This document shows, piece by piece, positions 13,768 through 26,930 of a stretch of DNA of 64,000 nt (positions are counted from its first letter, which is position 1; each line of letters begins with the position of its first letter). Source of the stretch: Octopus vulgaris. Lineage: Eukaryota. Both the position numbers and the translations under genes were made by a program. The notes under the pieces were generated by a model, which saw only the letters and a program-made list of their open reading frames with translations, did no database searches and was not told where the DNA came from. The stretch lies in contig OX597816.1 in assembly GCA_951406725.2 (NCBI GenBank), positions 21,576,001-21,640,000 of the forward strand, written 5' to 3'.

Positions 13768-13953
13768 GATAAAATTCTGAATATGTTGTGCCTAGTTATT
13801 GTTTAGCTCCAGGTAAGCACCACCTGAACTACTCGTATTTGAAAATCGTTCATGCGATGATCTTCCAGTGTTTTCAAACTGATTCCTTGTATTTAGGCTA
13901 CGTTATCATCTTTTTCTCAGATAAGTTGTAAATAGAGTAAAATTTAGTTCCTA

Positions 13954-14382
13954 GGTGCAGGAGTGGCTTGGTGGTAAGTAGCTTGCTTACCGACTGCATG
14001 GTTCCAGGTTCATTACCACTGCGTGGCACTTTGGGCAAGCGTCTTCTACTATAGCCTCGGGTCGACCAAAGCCTTGTGAGTGGATTTGGTAGACGGAAAC
14101 TGAAAGAAACCCGTCGTATATCTGTATATATATATATATATAAATATGTATGTGAGTGTATATGTTTGTGTGTCTGTGTTTGTTCCCCCAACATCGCTTG
14201 ACAGCCGATGATGGTGTGATTACGCCCCCGTAACTTAGCGGTTCGACAAAAGAGACCGATAAAATAAGTACTAGGCATACAAAAAATAAGTCCTGGGGTC
14301 GATTTGCTCGTCTAAAGGCCGTGCTCCAGCATGGCCGCAGTCAAATGACTGAAACAAGTAAAAGAGTAAAAAGAGTAAAGAG
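13954..14382 (+). mobile_element. SINE family A, full length
   Basis: Same layout as 4958-5385. Confidence 0.9.
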
Positions 14383-14721
14383 TATTTCTAACAGATCGTG
14401 CGATCACATCAGACCTTCCTCATTTGACAATTTTCTTGCTTGCTGAGAAGGAAGTGTATGCATATTATTTTGAATGAATGAAAAGAAGACTAAATCATGG
14501 ATTATTTCTGTCAGTTAAAATTTTCTTTGAATTCTGTTATTTGTTTAATAGTTTAAATAAGATTTTATGAAATTCTATTTCTGTATACTAAAGATGAACA
14601 TTTATTTGCGTAATAAATCTACATAGGAATAAGTTAATCCTTTGTCTATATTTAAACTCTTTTGATCAGTAATAGTCTTCATTCTGCATTTGCTTCTACT
14701 GCTAATCTCCCTCATATAGAC

Positions 14722-14743
14722 ATGTGTGTGTGTGTGAATATAC

Positions 14744-14785
<42 letters not shown>

Positions 14786-14824
14786 ATGTGTGTGTTTGTG
14801 TGTGTGTGTGTGAATATGTGTGTA

Positions 14825-14882
<58 letters not shown>
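14722..14882. repeat. (TG)n microsatellite
   Basis: Seen directly in the sequence. Confidence 0.95.
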
Positions 14883-14886
<4 letters not shown>

Positions 14887-15254
14887 GTTTTTGAAGTTTA
14901 TACATATTGGTTGCTTTTCGAACCCGAAATTGTTTGCTTTGATTTATAACTAAAGAAGGGAGGACCTCTGCTTTGTTTTCGTCAAACAGCATGAATTCAT
15001 AATCCTCTCTTACTTTTATAGTTTTTTTAGAACTATTTCGATTCACTTTGCTTGCATAAGTTCTTGTTTAACCCCGGATCCGTCTGTTTCCTTCAAGCAC
15101 ATGAAATTCGGGCAGACATGATTCAATCCCCTACGCAAGAAGTCAAGTTGTTGAGGAAAATTTGGTTGGCTATTTGAGCGATTACGTAGACTCTCCTTCA
15201 TTGGCACTTTCTAGTATAATTTAGAGGGGAATTCTCTTTCTTTTTTCTTTTAAC

Positions 15255-15875
15255 TTTCTTTTACTTGTTTCAGTCATTTAACTGCGGCCATGCTGGAGCA
15301 CCGCCTTTAGTCGAGCAAATCGACCCCAGGACTTATTCTTTGTAAGCCTAGTACTTATTCTATCGGTCTCTTTTGCCGAACCGCTAGGCTACGTGGACGT
15401 AAACACACCAGCATCGGTTGTCAAGCGCTGGTGGGGGGACAAACAAAGGCACACAAATACACACACACACACACACACACACACAAATACATATATATGA
15501 CGGGCTTCTTTCAGTTTCTGTCAGCCAAATCGACCCCAGGACTTATTCTTTGGAAGCCTAGTACTTATTCTATCGGTCTCTTTTGCCGAACCGCTAAGCT
15601 ACGTGGAAGTGAACGCACCAACATCGGTTGTCAAGCGCTGGTGGGGGGACAAACACAGACACACAAACACACACACACACATATACATATATATGACGGG
15701 CTTCTTTCAGTTTCCGCCAGCCAAATCTACTCACAATGCTTTGGTCGGCCCGGGGCTGTAGTAGAAGACACTTGCCCAAGGTACCACGCAGTGGGACTGA
15801 ACCCGGAACCATCTGGTTGGTAAGCAAGCTACTTACCACAGATCCACTCCTGCATCTATAGCCACTCCTGCGCCT
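15255..15875 (-). mobile_element. SINE family A with an internal tandem duplication of about 210 bp
   Basis: 15316-15520 is repeated at 15526-15715. Confidence 0.85.
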
Positions 15876-16417
15876 ACAATTGTTTGTGTTTATTTGAAAA
15901 ACATTTTCTTTTACAGATTCTTCCTTACCAAAATCCTTGTCAATCATGATATCAGTATCATATTCTCAGTCTAAAGTAGTTATAACTATCACCTTAGTCG
16001 ACCTGGACTGACCACATATCTGCGCCTGGAATTTTCCTCTCCGGAGCGCAAGACTAAACTAGATTCAGTACGAAAGGCCAGCAGTTGCTTATGTATCCAG
16101 ATACAGTCTGTGCCACCGTGCCGCCAATTTTGTGCAAACAAAAGGCAATAATCGAGGATCGATATAGTTTGTCTCTAGTGTCATGACAAGTGAATTCGAA
16201 ACGGAAAGTGCCGGATCATTACCGCAAAGTATTTTGTTAAACACTAACAATTTTGCAAAGCCTATGCCAGGAGAAGTTGCATTATTTTATCGATCTCGTA
16301 AAATTAAATGCAAAGTTGATCACGACCAGATTTGAACTTAGACCGCAGTGAACCGATGTAAATAAGGAAAAGCATTTTTTTCCAACATTTTTCGATCACA
16401 CCAATCCAGCATAGTTA

Positions 16418-16784
16418 CTACGAGCAAAACTCCCCCCCGTCCAATGAACGGTGCTGAGTTGTAAAACATTTAAACCAAATTTTCTCCAAACAACTTGTCC
16501 GACCTTCCCATAGGCCTTCCCTTTGAGAAACACTGATATAACCTACATTTGAGACACCAGCAAAAGACGGATTTCGACTGATGCACATGGGTGTACAAAT
16601 GCACGTTCCCACGGCTTTATCGATTGCATTGTCACCTGGAATCGATGTTTGTAATTTTGTCAAGACATATACACGCCCTGATACCGTCGGTAACTACATA
16701 TCAACTTTGAGCGCAATCGGATGGAGGATATCCGAGATCCTAGAAGACACACACAGTCAGACAGAACAGATTCTATATAATAGA
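16418..16784 (-). mobile_element. Putative non-autonomous Helitron-like element
   Basis: Minus-strand start A|TCTATTATATAG followed by a (CTGT)-like tract. The 3' end has a weak hairpin and GTAG|T, one mismatch from CTAG. Confidence 0.45.
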
Positions 16785-17265
16785 TTATCATTATGATGAT
16801 AGCCAAAAAAATCTTGGGTTTTCATCTCCCATACGTGTTAAGGTCAGTGGAGTAATTACTATACATCATCAGCGTTAGAGAACCCTAATAATAAAAAGCA
16901 CCCTTACATATTCGTGCTATTCTAATGATATCTGAAATCATTAATCATCGGCATCCTGGGTTTCTTCTCGAGTCAAATTGCTTTCCATCTTTTGATCAAC
17001 TAAATACCAGTTTGATACCGAGGTTTATTAAATCAATTGTATACCTTTTCTAAAGTTTGTATCTTTTACGTAGTGCTACTTCACCCCAGACACGTTATAT
17101 TGCTAATTCTGGTTCTTTATATTCTAGGTTCAAATCTCTTTAAGATTTATCTAGCTGTTCACAATTGTGGGGCTGGTAAAATACCAATCAATTCTTGATA
17201 GGTTTAATCAAGTACCTCATCGCCTCACATTTCAGGCCCTGAGCCCAAGCAACAATACTCTTAAA

Positions 17266-17472
17266 GCGGCGAGCTGGCAGAATCGTTAGCACGCCGGGCG
17301 AAATACTTAGCAGTATTTCGTCTGTTGTGTTCTGAGTACAAATTCCGCCGAGGTAGACTTTGTTGTTCATCCTTTCGGGGTCGATAAATTAAGTACCAGT
17401 CGCGAATTGAAGTCGATCTAATCGACTGACCCTCTCCCAGAAAATTTCGGGCCTTGTGTCGAGAGTAGAAAA
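17266..17472 (+). mobile_element. SINE family B
   Basis: GCGGCGAGCTGGCAGAATCGTTAGC head, central domain and a CCTTGTG..AGAGTAGAAA tail. Confidence 0.85.
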
Positions 17473-19016
17473 GACTCTGAAGGTCGGCAGACTGGTAGAA
17501 TGGTTAAATCGTCGGATAAAATAATGGGGTCGATGTAATCGGCTTAGTCCCTTTGTCTGTCCTTGATTGTCCCCTCTACGTTTATCCCCTCGTGGGTAAT
17601 AAAGAAATAAATGTGAGAGAGGGAATGAAGAAACATGTGTGTCGTATTAAAAACAGAGAATGAAGTGAAACTGAAATTACAAATATAACGTGATACTACA
17701 GCCCAAAAGTTGCTTCCACAATATCTGAGAAAGCGGAATTTGAAGGAACTTCAGGAATATCGTTCACAATTCTGCCCCCGGCTCCCAGTTCCTTTCGTAG
17801 TACTAAGAGGGCAGGGGCTATGCGCAAATGTAAAATTTGGTGACATGTAATCCGTTGGGATCAGAATGGATATTAATGCCTTCCGCAACCTGCAAGAACA
17901 CAAGAATACTAGGACTAGTGTGCTAAAGAGAATGTTGAAAGGAAAACCTCAAAGCTCAACAACCATAGTAGACAGTACGGTTGTTACATAGGTAATCGCA
18001 ACACCCATTTATGAGCTTTCTGCTTAGAAGGTCTAAACAAGCAGAAGCAACACCAGCCAGGATGATCGGCGGGCCTAGAGTCATACGAGACACAACTTAG
18101 TCGGCATACGAAATAACTCCAGCCTGACTATTCGGAGATAACCATGAGACCAAAAAAGCCCTCCTCTCTGGTCACGACCAGCGAAGATAGTGCATCACCA
18201 CCATCTCTGCCAACAGGTCGTAGGAAATGACTAGGAAGTACCCTCACATCGCAGCACCATCAAAGCAATTTTATAGGATAGTGAATAGACAGCGATGTAG
18301 AAAAGTTGGTCGCCCTCCTCAAAGATACCAATGGGAAAAATCAAGAAAAGATATTAAAAATATGAGTTGGGGTACAGTTACGAAGAAGTTCTCTACGTAG
18401 AGGAAGAACTCGCATCTTATGAAGGAGAATAAATATATTTAGATTTGCTCATGCCACGTTCCTGATAATACATTTACAAATTCGCTCCGTGCCATACGTT
18501 TATAGTATGTCTAAGAGCGTAATTCTCGGCATTAGCAATTTGCTTAACGTCATTTCACTGATTGGATATAAAACTAATTATCTCATATCTTGTAGGGATA
18601 TTAAGCATTCATTAAATAATCTGAAATCTATTTGTAAATCGAGTAATTCCGACTACGCAAAGCCATAATACAGTTCACATCAGAAATAATAATCTACACC
18701 TATTCCTCAAATTTCACTGTATGCGAGCGTAGCAAAGCATTATGAATGAACTGAAAATATCTGTTAGGCATTTTTCCAAGAATGTGTTTGTGACAAATGT
18801 GAAGACAATCTGGTTAGTGATGGTTGTTAGGCATATGACTTTCAATGGTGAAGAGTGAGATAGTCGGTTACATCGAATGGTATTTTAGTTTATCGACCCT
18901 GTAATGATGAAAGACAAAGTTGCCTCGGTAGGATTCGAAATAAGAACACAAAATGACTACCGTTACTTAGATTAATAGAAAATGCTTTTAATATGGAGAG
19001 ATGGTCATCAAAATTA

Positions 19017-19244
19017 TTTTTTACTACCCACAAGGGGCTAAACACAGAGAGGACAAACAAGGACATACAAACGTATTAAGTTGATTACATCGACCCCAGT
19101 GCGTAACTGATACTTATTTAATCGACTCCGAAAGGATGAAAGGCAAAGTCGACCTCGGCGAAATTTGAATTCAGAACGTAGCGGCAGACGAAATACGCAA
19201 ACGCATTTCGCCCGGCGTGCTAACGTTTCTGCCAGCTCGTCGCT
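19017..19244 (-). mobile_element. SINE family B flanked by a direct repeat of about 73 bp
   Basis: 18942-19015 is repeated at 19247-19319. Confidence 0.85.
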
Positions 19245-20022
19245 CAAAGAACACCAAATGACTACCGTTACTTAGATTAATAGAAAATGCTTTTAATACG
19301 GAAAGAAGGCCATCAAATTGTGAAACAATTATTGGAAACCATCGAACCCTGTACTTAACTGATAGTTTATTTTATCGACGTTGAGACGATGAAATGCTAA
19401 GTTGAACTCGGCGTGATATGGACTCAAGATGTAAAGAGCCGGGAAAAAAATTACTACAAGGTTTTATTTTCGATGTTCTAACGATGATTTCCACTGTTAT
19501 GCGTTTTTAATAATCATTTCGAATATAGATACAGGGCCAGAAATTATTAAAACTGACTTAGTTGATTTGTCACCCTAACAACTTGACTGACATAAACTCG
19601 TTTATCACGAAGGTCGGTTAAAAGAAAGTGATAAGTGAATTAATTCCACGCACTTTGTAAACAAGAGTGGTACGTTCAATGACACTAAACTCGTAGCCCA
19701 AAGCAGCGAAGTTTCCACCGTCACGTATTCTCACGAGAACCCTTACCTTTTCCTGTAGAGAAAACAATTAACTGCGTCATTTGTTAGGATCAGGCCCCAG
19801 TGTGTTTTCTTTTTCCTATCTCGATGGGTATGAGTATTAAAAATTGTATAAACAATACGCAGCTTCGCAGTACGACCATTTAAACATAACTGAGGTCAGT
19901 GCATTGAGGATGGTCGCTGGAATGCGTTTTGCAGTCCAAGCAGAATCTCTAACTATGATAGCTGACCCGTATTATCACAGATCAGTCCATGATAAGCATA
20001 ATATAATTCATTGATCAGTAAT

Positions 20023-20792
20023 CGTTTCTACTCTAGGCACAAGGCTCGAAATTTTGGGGGAGGGGACCAGTCGATTAGATCGACCCCAGTACACAACTGG
20101 TACTTAATTTATCGACCCCGAAAGGATGAAAGGCAAAGTCGACCTCGGAAGAATTTGAACTCAGAACATAAAGACAGAGGAAATACTAATTTCTATTTCT
20201 TTACTACCCACAAGTGGCTAAACACAGAGAGGACAAACAGGGACAGACAAACGGATTAAGTCAATTATATCGATCCCAGTGCGTAACTGGTACTTAATCT
20301 ATCGACCCCGAAAGGATGAAAGGTAAAGTTGACCTCAGCGGAATTTGAACTCAGAACACAATAGACGAAATACCTATTTCTTTACTACCCATAAGGGGCT
20401 AAACACAGAGAGGACTAACAAGGACAGACAAACGGATTAAGTCGATTATATCGATCCCAGTGCGTAACTGGTACTTAATCTATCGACCCCGAAAGGATGA
20501 AAGGCAAGGACGACCTCGGAAGAATTTGAACTCAGAACGTAGCGGCAGATGAAATACCTATTTCTTTACTAACCGCAAGGGGCTAAACACAGAGGACAAA
20601 CAAGGACAGACAAACGGATTAAGTCGATTATATCGACCCCAGTGCGTAACTGGTTCTTAATTTATCGACCCCGAACGAATGAAAGGCAAAGTCGACCTCG
20701 CCGGAATTTGAACCCAGAGCGTAACGGCCGACGAAATACGGCTACGCATTTCGCCCGGCGTGCTAACGTTTTTGCCAGGTCGCCGCCTTTTA
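20023..20792 (-). mobile_element. SINE family B tetramer
   Basis: One head and four central domains. 15-bp TSD TCATTGATCAGTAAT at 20008-20022 and 20793-20807. Confidence 0.9.
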
Positions 20793-21014
20793 TCATTGAT
20801 CAGTAATGAATGAATCAATTAGAAACGTAATTACTCGTACTTCAATTTATTGACACCGGCAGGATGGAAGATGAAGTTGACCTCGTACGATTGAAACTCA
20901 AAATGCAAAGAGTCAGAACAAGTAAGGTAGTGCCGATAGTTCCATGTCAAATAATACAGCCATAATCGCTGTCAACATCTATGCACAATAAATGACAGAC
21001 GTAAATAGTGCCTG

Positions 21015-21415
21015 ACGTGGCTGGGTGATAGGAAGTTTGCGTCCCAACAGCATGATTCCGGGTTCCGTCCCACCTTGGGCAAGTATTTTCTACTTATAGT
21101 CTCGGGCTAACCAAAGCCTTTTCAATGGATTTGAAAGACAAAAGCTGAAAGAAGCCAGTCACATATATATATATATATGTGTGTAAGGCGGCGAGCTGGT
21201 AGAAACGTTAGCACGCCGGGCGAAATTCGTAGCCGTATTTCGTCTGTCGTTACGTTCTGAGTTCAAATTCCGCCGAGGTCGACTTTGCCTTTCATCCTTT
21301 CGGGGTCGATAAATTAAGTACCAGTTACGCACTGGGTTCGATGTAGTCGACTTAAATCCCTTAGTCTGTCCTTGTTTGTCCCCTCTGTGTTTAGCCCCTT
21401 GTGGGTAGTAAAGAA

Positions 21416-21483
<68 letters not shown>

Positions 21484-21875
21484 GTGTATGTGTGCGTGTG
21501 TGCATGTGACAACCGGTATTGATAAGGCGTCGAGCTGGCAGAAACGTTAGCACGCTGGATGAAATACTTAGCGGTATTTTGTCTGCTGTTACGTTCTGAG
21601 TTCAAATTCCGCCGAGGTCTACTTTGCCTTTCATCCTTTCGGGGTCGATAAATTTAATACCAGGTACGTACTGGGGTCGATATAAACGACTTAATCCATC
21701 TGTCTGTCCTTGTTTGTCTCCTCTGTGTTTAGCCCCTGAGCAGTTCGGCAAAGACACTCATATAATAAATACTAGGCTTAAGAAATAAGTCCTGAGGTAG
21801 ATTTGTTCGACTAAAATCCTCCAAGGCGGTGTTCCAGAATGGCCACAGTGAAGCGACTGAAGCAAATAAAAGAAT
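21015..21875 (+). mobile_element. Nested cluster: old SINE A interrupted by two SINE B copies (21186-21418, 21526-21737)
   Basis: A 5' half at 21015-21160 and A 3' half at 21737-21875. The B copies sit in its microsatellite. Confidence 0.75.
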
Positions 21876-21908
21876 ATATATATATATACATATACATATA
21901 CATACACG

Positions 21909-21998
<90 letters not shown>

Positions 21999-22001
<3 letters not shown>

Positions 22002-22745
22002 AGAATTCCCAAAAATAAAACGACGAAGACAGGTGGTATAGACAACAAACAGATATATTAGTATAACGCTCGGTAAGTGAAAAAGATTTTAACGTTTCGA
22101 ACCTACGCTCTTCCATAGAAAGGAATACAGAAAGAAATAAAGAGAGAAAATAAAGAATGTGTAGTAGCTAGCGATCTATCATGGCGAATGCCGGGCAGAA
22201 GTGTCACACAGGAGAGCTAGGCGGAAGGGGAGATGTGTATGTGCGTGTGGAAGAGGGCTCGTGATCTTGACGTATACGTGTGTGTGTGTGTAGGTGTGAA
22301 AATGTGGGTCTGCCAAGTGTTCAGTGCTGCTGTGTGCGTGTTGGTGTGTTGTGATGTGATGTGTTGTGTTGTATGGTGGTGTTGGGAGGTGGGTGAGGCG
22401 AGAGTGGGGAAAGCAAGGTTGGGGTGTAGGTTAGGCTGAGGGTGAGGGCAGAGGTGGGGTATGTGGGTAGGCGGAGGGTAGGGGTAGAGTTGGGGTATGT
22501 GGAAGTGGGTGTAAGGGATGGGTGGGGTGAGATGGGGAGGGATAAGGAAGGTGTGGGTGGAATGTGTAGGATGGGGTGGGCTTACGAGGGAGGGGAGACA
22601 ATGAAGGGGGAAGGAGAACGTGGGTAGGAGTGAAAAGAAGAGAGGAGAGTAGGAGTGAAGAGAAGAAGTAGGAGTCAGAGCAAGAGAGGAAAGGTGGGTG
22701 GGAGGAGGTAGGTGTGATATAAATATAGCAAATGAAAGACGGAAG
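21999..22745 (-). mobile_element. PLE-like 3' region (C-rich tract and terminal repeat with a degenerate hammerhead)
   Basis: Homologous to 62585-63111 on the plus strand. Ends at (TA)n. Confidence 0.6.
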
Positions 22746-23253
22746 ATGGAAGATACGAGAATGTTTTTATTAATCACGACAGTTGTTTCGACATACCTGG
22801 CATCGATTGCTCTTGGGTAGGATACTCAACAACTGGTTCAGGAGCATCCGGTGGTGCAGATGCATCTCGCCGGGTGATAAATAAATACAACTCGTTAAAA
22901 TTACTGTTTTAAAATTACTGTAACCTTCCGTTTTGCAGAGAGAAATGCAGCCAGACGGAGGAAATATTTTCATTTCTACAAAATATATCAAAAATAAAAT
23001 GACAAAAAGACATTGCAGTAACTGATTTGGGGCAGAGGAAACAGTAATTTGTTTCTCTTCTTGCCATCTATGGTTTTATTTTTTATCTTTTGTATAAAAC
23101 AAATAAATAGTATTACGGAGATGTACTCGCATAGCAAGTAATTTGATCTGAGATCGTGTGCTGAAACGAAAACAATTGCAGCGTGGAAGGTGTTTATAAG
23201 CCATTTAAGAAACACACAAAAGCCGTTCGATTCCCTTCAACATTTAAGTTTAA

Positions 23254-23303
23254 TTTGTCAAAATATTTTCGTCGCTAAAATCCGCGACCTGCTCACTGAC
23301 AAA
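23254..23303 (-). ncRNA. Minimal type I hammerhead motif with a G3-C8 swapped core
   Basis: TTTGTCA GTGAGCA G GTCGC-GGATTTTA-GCGAC GAAA ATAT TT TGACAAA. Stem I is 7 bp, stem II is 5 bp, and stem III is the palindrome AATATT. Confidence 0.7.
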
Positions 23304-23521
23304 GTCCGTGCTGAGTATTTTCCTAAGCAATAGACCCATTTATTTCGGTTAGTTACTTATTCACGAATATACCCACAGTAACGCCGCTGAGGGTAATGTT
23401 CTCTGCGAATACACAAAAGTGTTTTCAGAGTTAATTACTTTGAATTGTTATTATTTCATATCTGATTAGCCTGTTATTACATAACATTCTTCCCGATTTT
23501 ATTATACATAACTTATTAGTA

Positions 23522-24792
23522 TTGTGTTGTCCCTAAAGTTCGTGTCGAGTTTTAAAAGAAAGAAAAAGGCCAATAAATACAATAAATACTTGCCATTACA
23601 TTTTTAATCAACCAAATATGAACCATTTTGTTGCACAATGCGTCTCCCTCTTTCCTTTAACTTGAAAATACCCTCTTCCTAGAATTGAGGTGGTTTCATG
23701 GCAAAGAATTCATCAAGGAATCTTTTTATGTCATCCAAGGAATTGAAATTTTTACCATTAAGACTATTCTGCAAAGACCTGGATAAGTAGAAATCCGAAG
23801 GAGCAATATCTGGTGAATATGGAGGGTGGAGTAACACATCTCAGCCGAGCTGCAACAATTTCTGTCTGGTTTCCTAAGAAATGTGCGGTCTTTCATTGGA
23901 AAACAACGCCCTACCTGTTGGCCAATTTTGGATGTTTCCTTTGAATTGCTGCTTTTAACTCATCCAGTTGTGTGCAGTATTTCTCAATATTGCCTGGTTT
24001 CTTGAGAGAAGCTCATAATACAGAATTCCTTTCCAATCCTACCGGGCACAAAGCAAGACTTTTTTAGGGTGAAGACCCGCTTTTGGGGTGGCTAAGGGTG
24101 GCTTATGTCTCTTACTCCGGGATCGCTTTCTCTAAACATTTTGGTAGATAATCCATTTCTCACCACCTGTCACAATTTGCTTTAAAAAGACGCGCTTTCG
24201 TTCCGTTTATAAAGCGAATCACAGATGGAAATGCGATCCAAAAGGTTCTCACTCAACTCATGTGGTACCCAAACATCGTAGCGATTTGTGTGCCCAAGCT
24301 TTATCTGGTGCTCATGAACGATGGATTTTGATAGGTTGAGGCTTTCTGCCAATTTTCGGATTGTGCAATGTGGGTTATTCTCAATTAATGACTTGATTTG
24401 GTCAGCATCTGTAGTGGATGATCTGCCTGATCGCTCTTTATCAACAAGGCTACAGTTTCCAGCTCGGAACCTTGCGAACCACTTCCGTGCAGTTCTTTCA
24501 GATAAAGAAACATCACCGTAAACTGCACATATTTCTTTACCTACTTGTTTTTCCTTTTACGGAAAAAGAAAAAGCATCAAGTGCCGAAAATAAACTTTCT
24601 TATCTTCCATTTTAAAGGGTAACAGAATTAACACAGGTTATAGGAACATAAACCTTCATCCACGAAAAGATAGTTTCAACTGTGCTCTAAATGGAGGTGT
24701 AGTCAAAGCCCATTTTATGGACTCAACCATGTTCTAAAATAAGTCGAAATGTAAGCTACTATAAATCGACACGAACTTTCCGGGCAACCCAA
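23522..24792 (-). mobile_element. Full-length mariner (DD34D) transposon, inactive
   Basis: About 30-bp TIRs (TTGGGTTGCCCGGAAAGTTCGTGTCGATTT), TA TSDs, length about 1.27 kb. Confidence 0.92.
23604..24610 (-). pseudogene. Mariner transposase pseudogene
   Basis: MEDKKVYFRHLML.., WVPHEL, IVTGGEKW, PPYSPDIAPSDF, ..NGSYLVD*. Contains stops and frameshifts. Confidence 0.9.
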
Positions 24793-25133
24793 TATTTTCT
24801 CCTAAGTTCTGTATACTCTGGGAACATATGAAAGCCATGTTCGGGGCTGATTTGTTTGAATTCTTACTATCGAGTAATTAATTTCATGCTAATACATATT
24901 ACATAAATGACTTCACAATTTGGGTATTCATAACTTACTGGGAATTTCTAAAAATAAGACCCTGTGTAAGGCAGTTCGGTAGTCTCAATAAATGCACAGA
25001 AACCGTTTTAAGGGCTGCTGACTTTATATTGTTGTTACTAGATTAGCGAAACAATTATGAGAACGGAACCAAGCGCTAAGCTCCGCTTTCCCGGTAATTA
25101 CATGGTACGTCAGCTAGTATATATATATATATA

Positions 25134-25171
<38 letters not shown>

Positions 25172-25899
25172 TGTGTCTGTCTGTGTCTGTGTTGTTGTTA
25201 AGCTACAAGACGAGTAAGGGTGATTAGGTGATGGTCTAGGGCTTAGGGGTGAGAGACCATAGACCTTGGAAAAAAAACTTTGGTCGTCTTGTTGTAGTCG
25301 AGGGCTCTTCGTTGACGCCCGACACCACTGGGAGGCTACCCTCGAAGTCGCTGAAAATGGGGATCTCCAGGTCCAAATTCTTGGACGGCTATGTCTGTGT
25401 GTGTGTGTGTGTATAATCGAAATTCCTGCCACCTTAATTGGGATGTTTTTATCATTTCCGTCTCAAAGTGGAGCTTATAATGTTCAATTAGAATTTCCAT
25501 TTTACTTTTAGCATTTAATACGTACCGTAACCCATTTTCATATTAACGATTGAAACGAGCATAAGTGTAGGAGGATCTAAGAAAGCATCTTCGGGGCTGA
25601 TAATGAAAAAAAACAAAAAACAAAATCAAAGCATGCTTTATTACATATTGTTTTGCTGGTAACATGTAGGGAATCAAACGGTTATAAAGTATGCAAAAAA
25701 GGAAATAAACAGATGACTGTAACCACATGAAATATTGCAACTAAAATGTTGTCTGTTTGATATATGGAAGTCTTCTGTACTTCATACTTAATAACCTATG
25801 CCCGGAAGTAGAAATTGATATAAAATTGATGATGATGATGACTGCAACAAGCATGACATTTTGCTTTGATATTTACATGTGTGTAAGGTTATATTATGT

Positions 25900-26104
25900 T
25901 TATATCTATCTATCTATCTATCTATATATATATATATATATCTGTTTGTCTGTCTATCTATCTATCTATATATATCTATCTCTGTTTGTCTGTCTATCTA
26001 TCTATCTATCTATATATATCTATCTATCTATCTATATATCTATATATATCTATCTATCTATATATATATATATCTGTTTGTCTGTCTATCTATCTATCTA
26101 TATA

Positions 26105-26164
<60 letters not shown>

Positions 26165-26168
26165 TATA
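25900..26168. repeat. (TATC)n/(TA)n compound microsatellite
   Basis: Seen directly in the sequence. Confidence 0.95.
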
Positions 26169-26642
26169 GTTTACTGTTCCATTAAGGTAAGATCAACGAA
26201 AATAGCACTCCATCCAGTGAGAGATAAACATAATTTAATGTGCACAGTATAAAGATAAGAGCAAGTAATAGTTCTTTGCTGTAAAGACGTGTAACTATAG
26301 AGGTTTCTATAAAGTGTCTTGTGGCTCCAAGTAATTTCCAGACTCTGAACACATGGTCTGATCTATTTCAAAATCAGGAGGATGGTGCCTGACAGACCAC
26401 AAGAAACAAAACAGAAGAAAACGAGAATCTGAATCTAAAGTCCTCTCCCTTGACTGTAGAAGCCATAATTAAACTAATTACTGTGAAATTATTCAGCAAA
26501 GAGGGGTGTAAAGTCTGGAAAGGATGGTGTCCTCCAGTTCGCCGAAAGAACTTTACTGAACATTTCTGATCTGCAATTTAGTAGTGCGTTGAAAGTCTGA
26601 CAGTTGCATATCTCTTTGTGCTCTAACTTCCAACTGTTGCTT

Positions 26643-26691
<49 letters not shown>

Positions 26692-26930
26692 CGGAGTTTT
26701 ATCATGGCTACCGAATAATTGTCACATATTACATTTATATATATATATATTGCGTATGGTAGATATGAGTTCAGCAAAAATTTAGATTCAGATGAATATG
26801 GTGCTTAAGTTGAGACACCAGAATTTAGTACGGTATTATCCATACTATTTCAAAGTAAGGTGATTAAAATCAAAGGTATAATTATACTAATATGGCCATC
26901 TGTTCTAATTTAATTAGATTCTATGTCTTT

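Noticed and set aside
16003-16100. Hammerhead-like order CTGGA-CTGACCA...CGAAA...GTA-TCCAG
   Set aside because: G8 is replaced without compensation, the bases of stems II and III are unpaired, and there is no second copy.
17700-18420. Possible degraded retroelement coding region
   Set aside because: No diagnostic motif could be read.
20023-20792. CRISPR-like regularly spaced repeats
   Set aside because: The whole unit of about 180 bp repeats with no unique spacers. It is a eukaryotic SINE multimer.
26280-26647. Possible solo LTR (TGT...ACA)
   Set aside because: No TSD, primer-binding site, polypurine tract or second copy visible.
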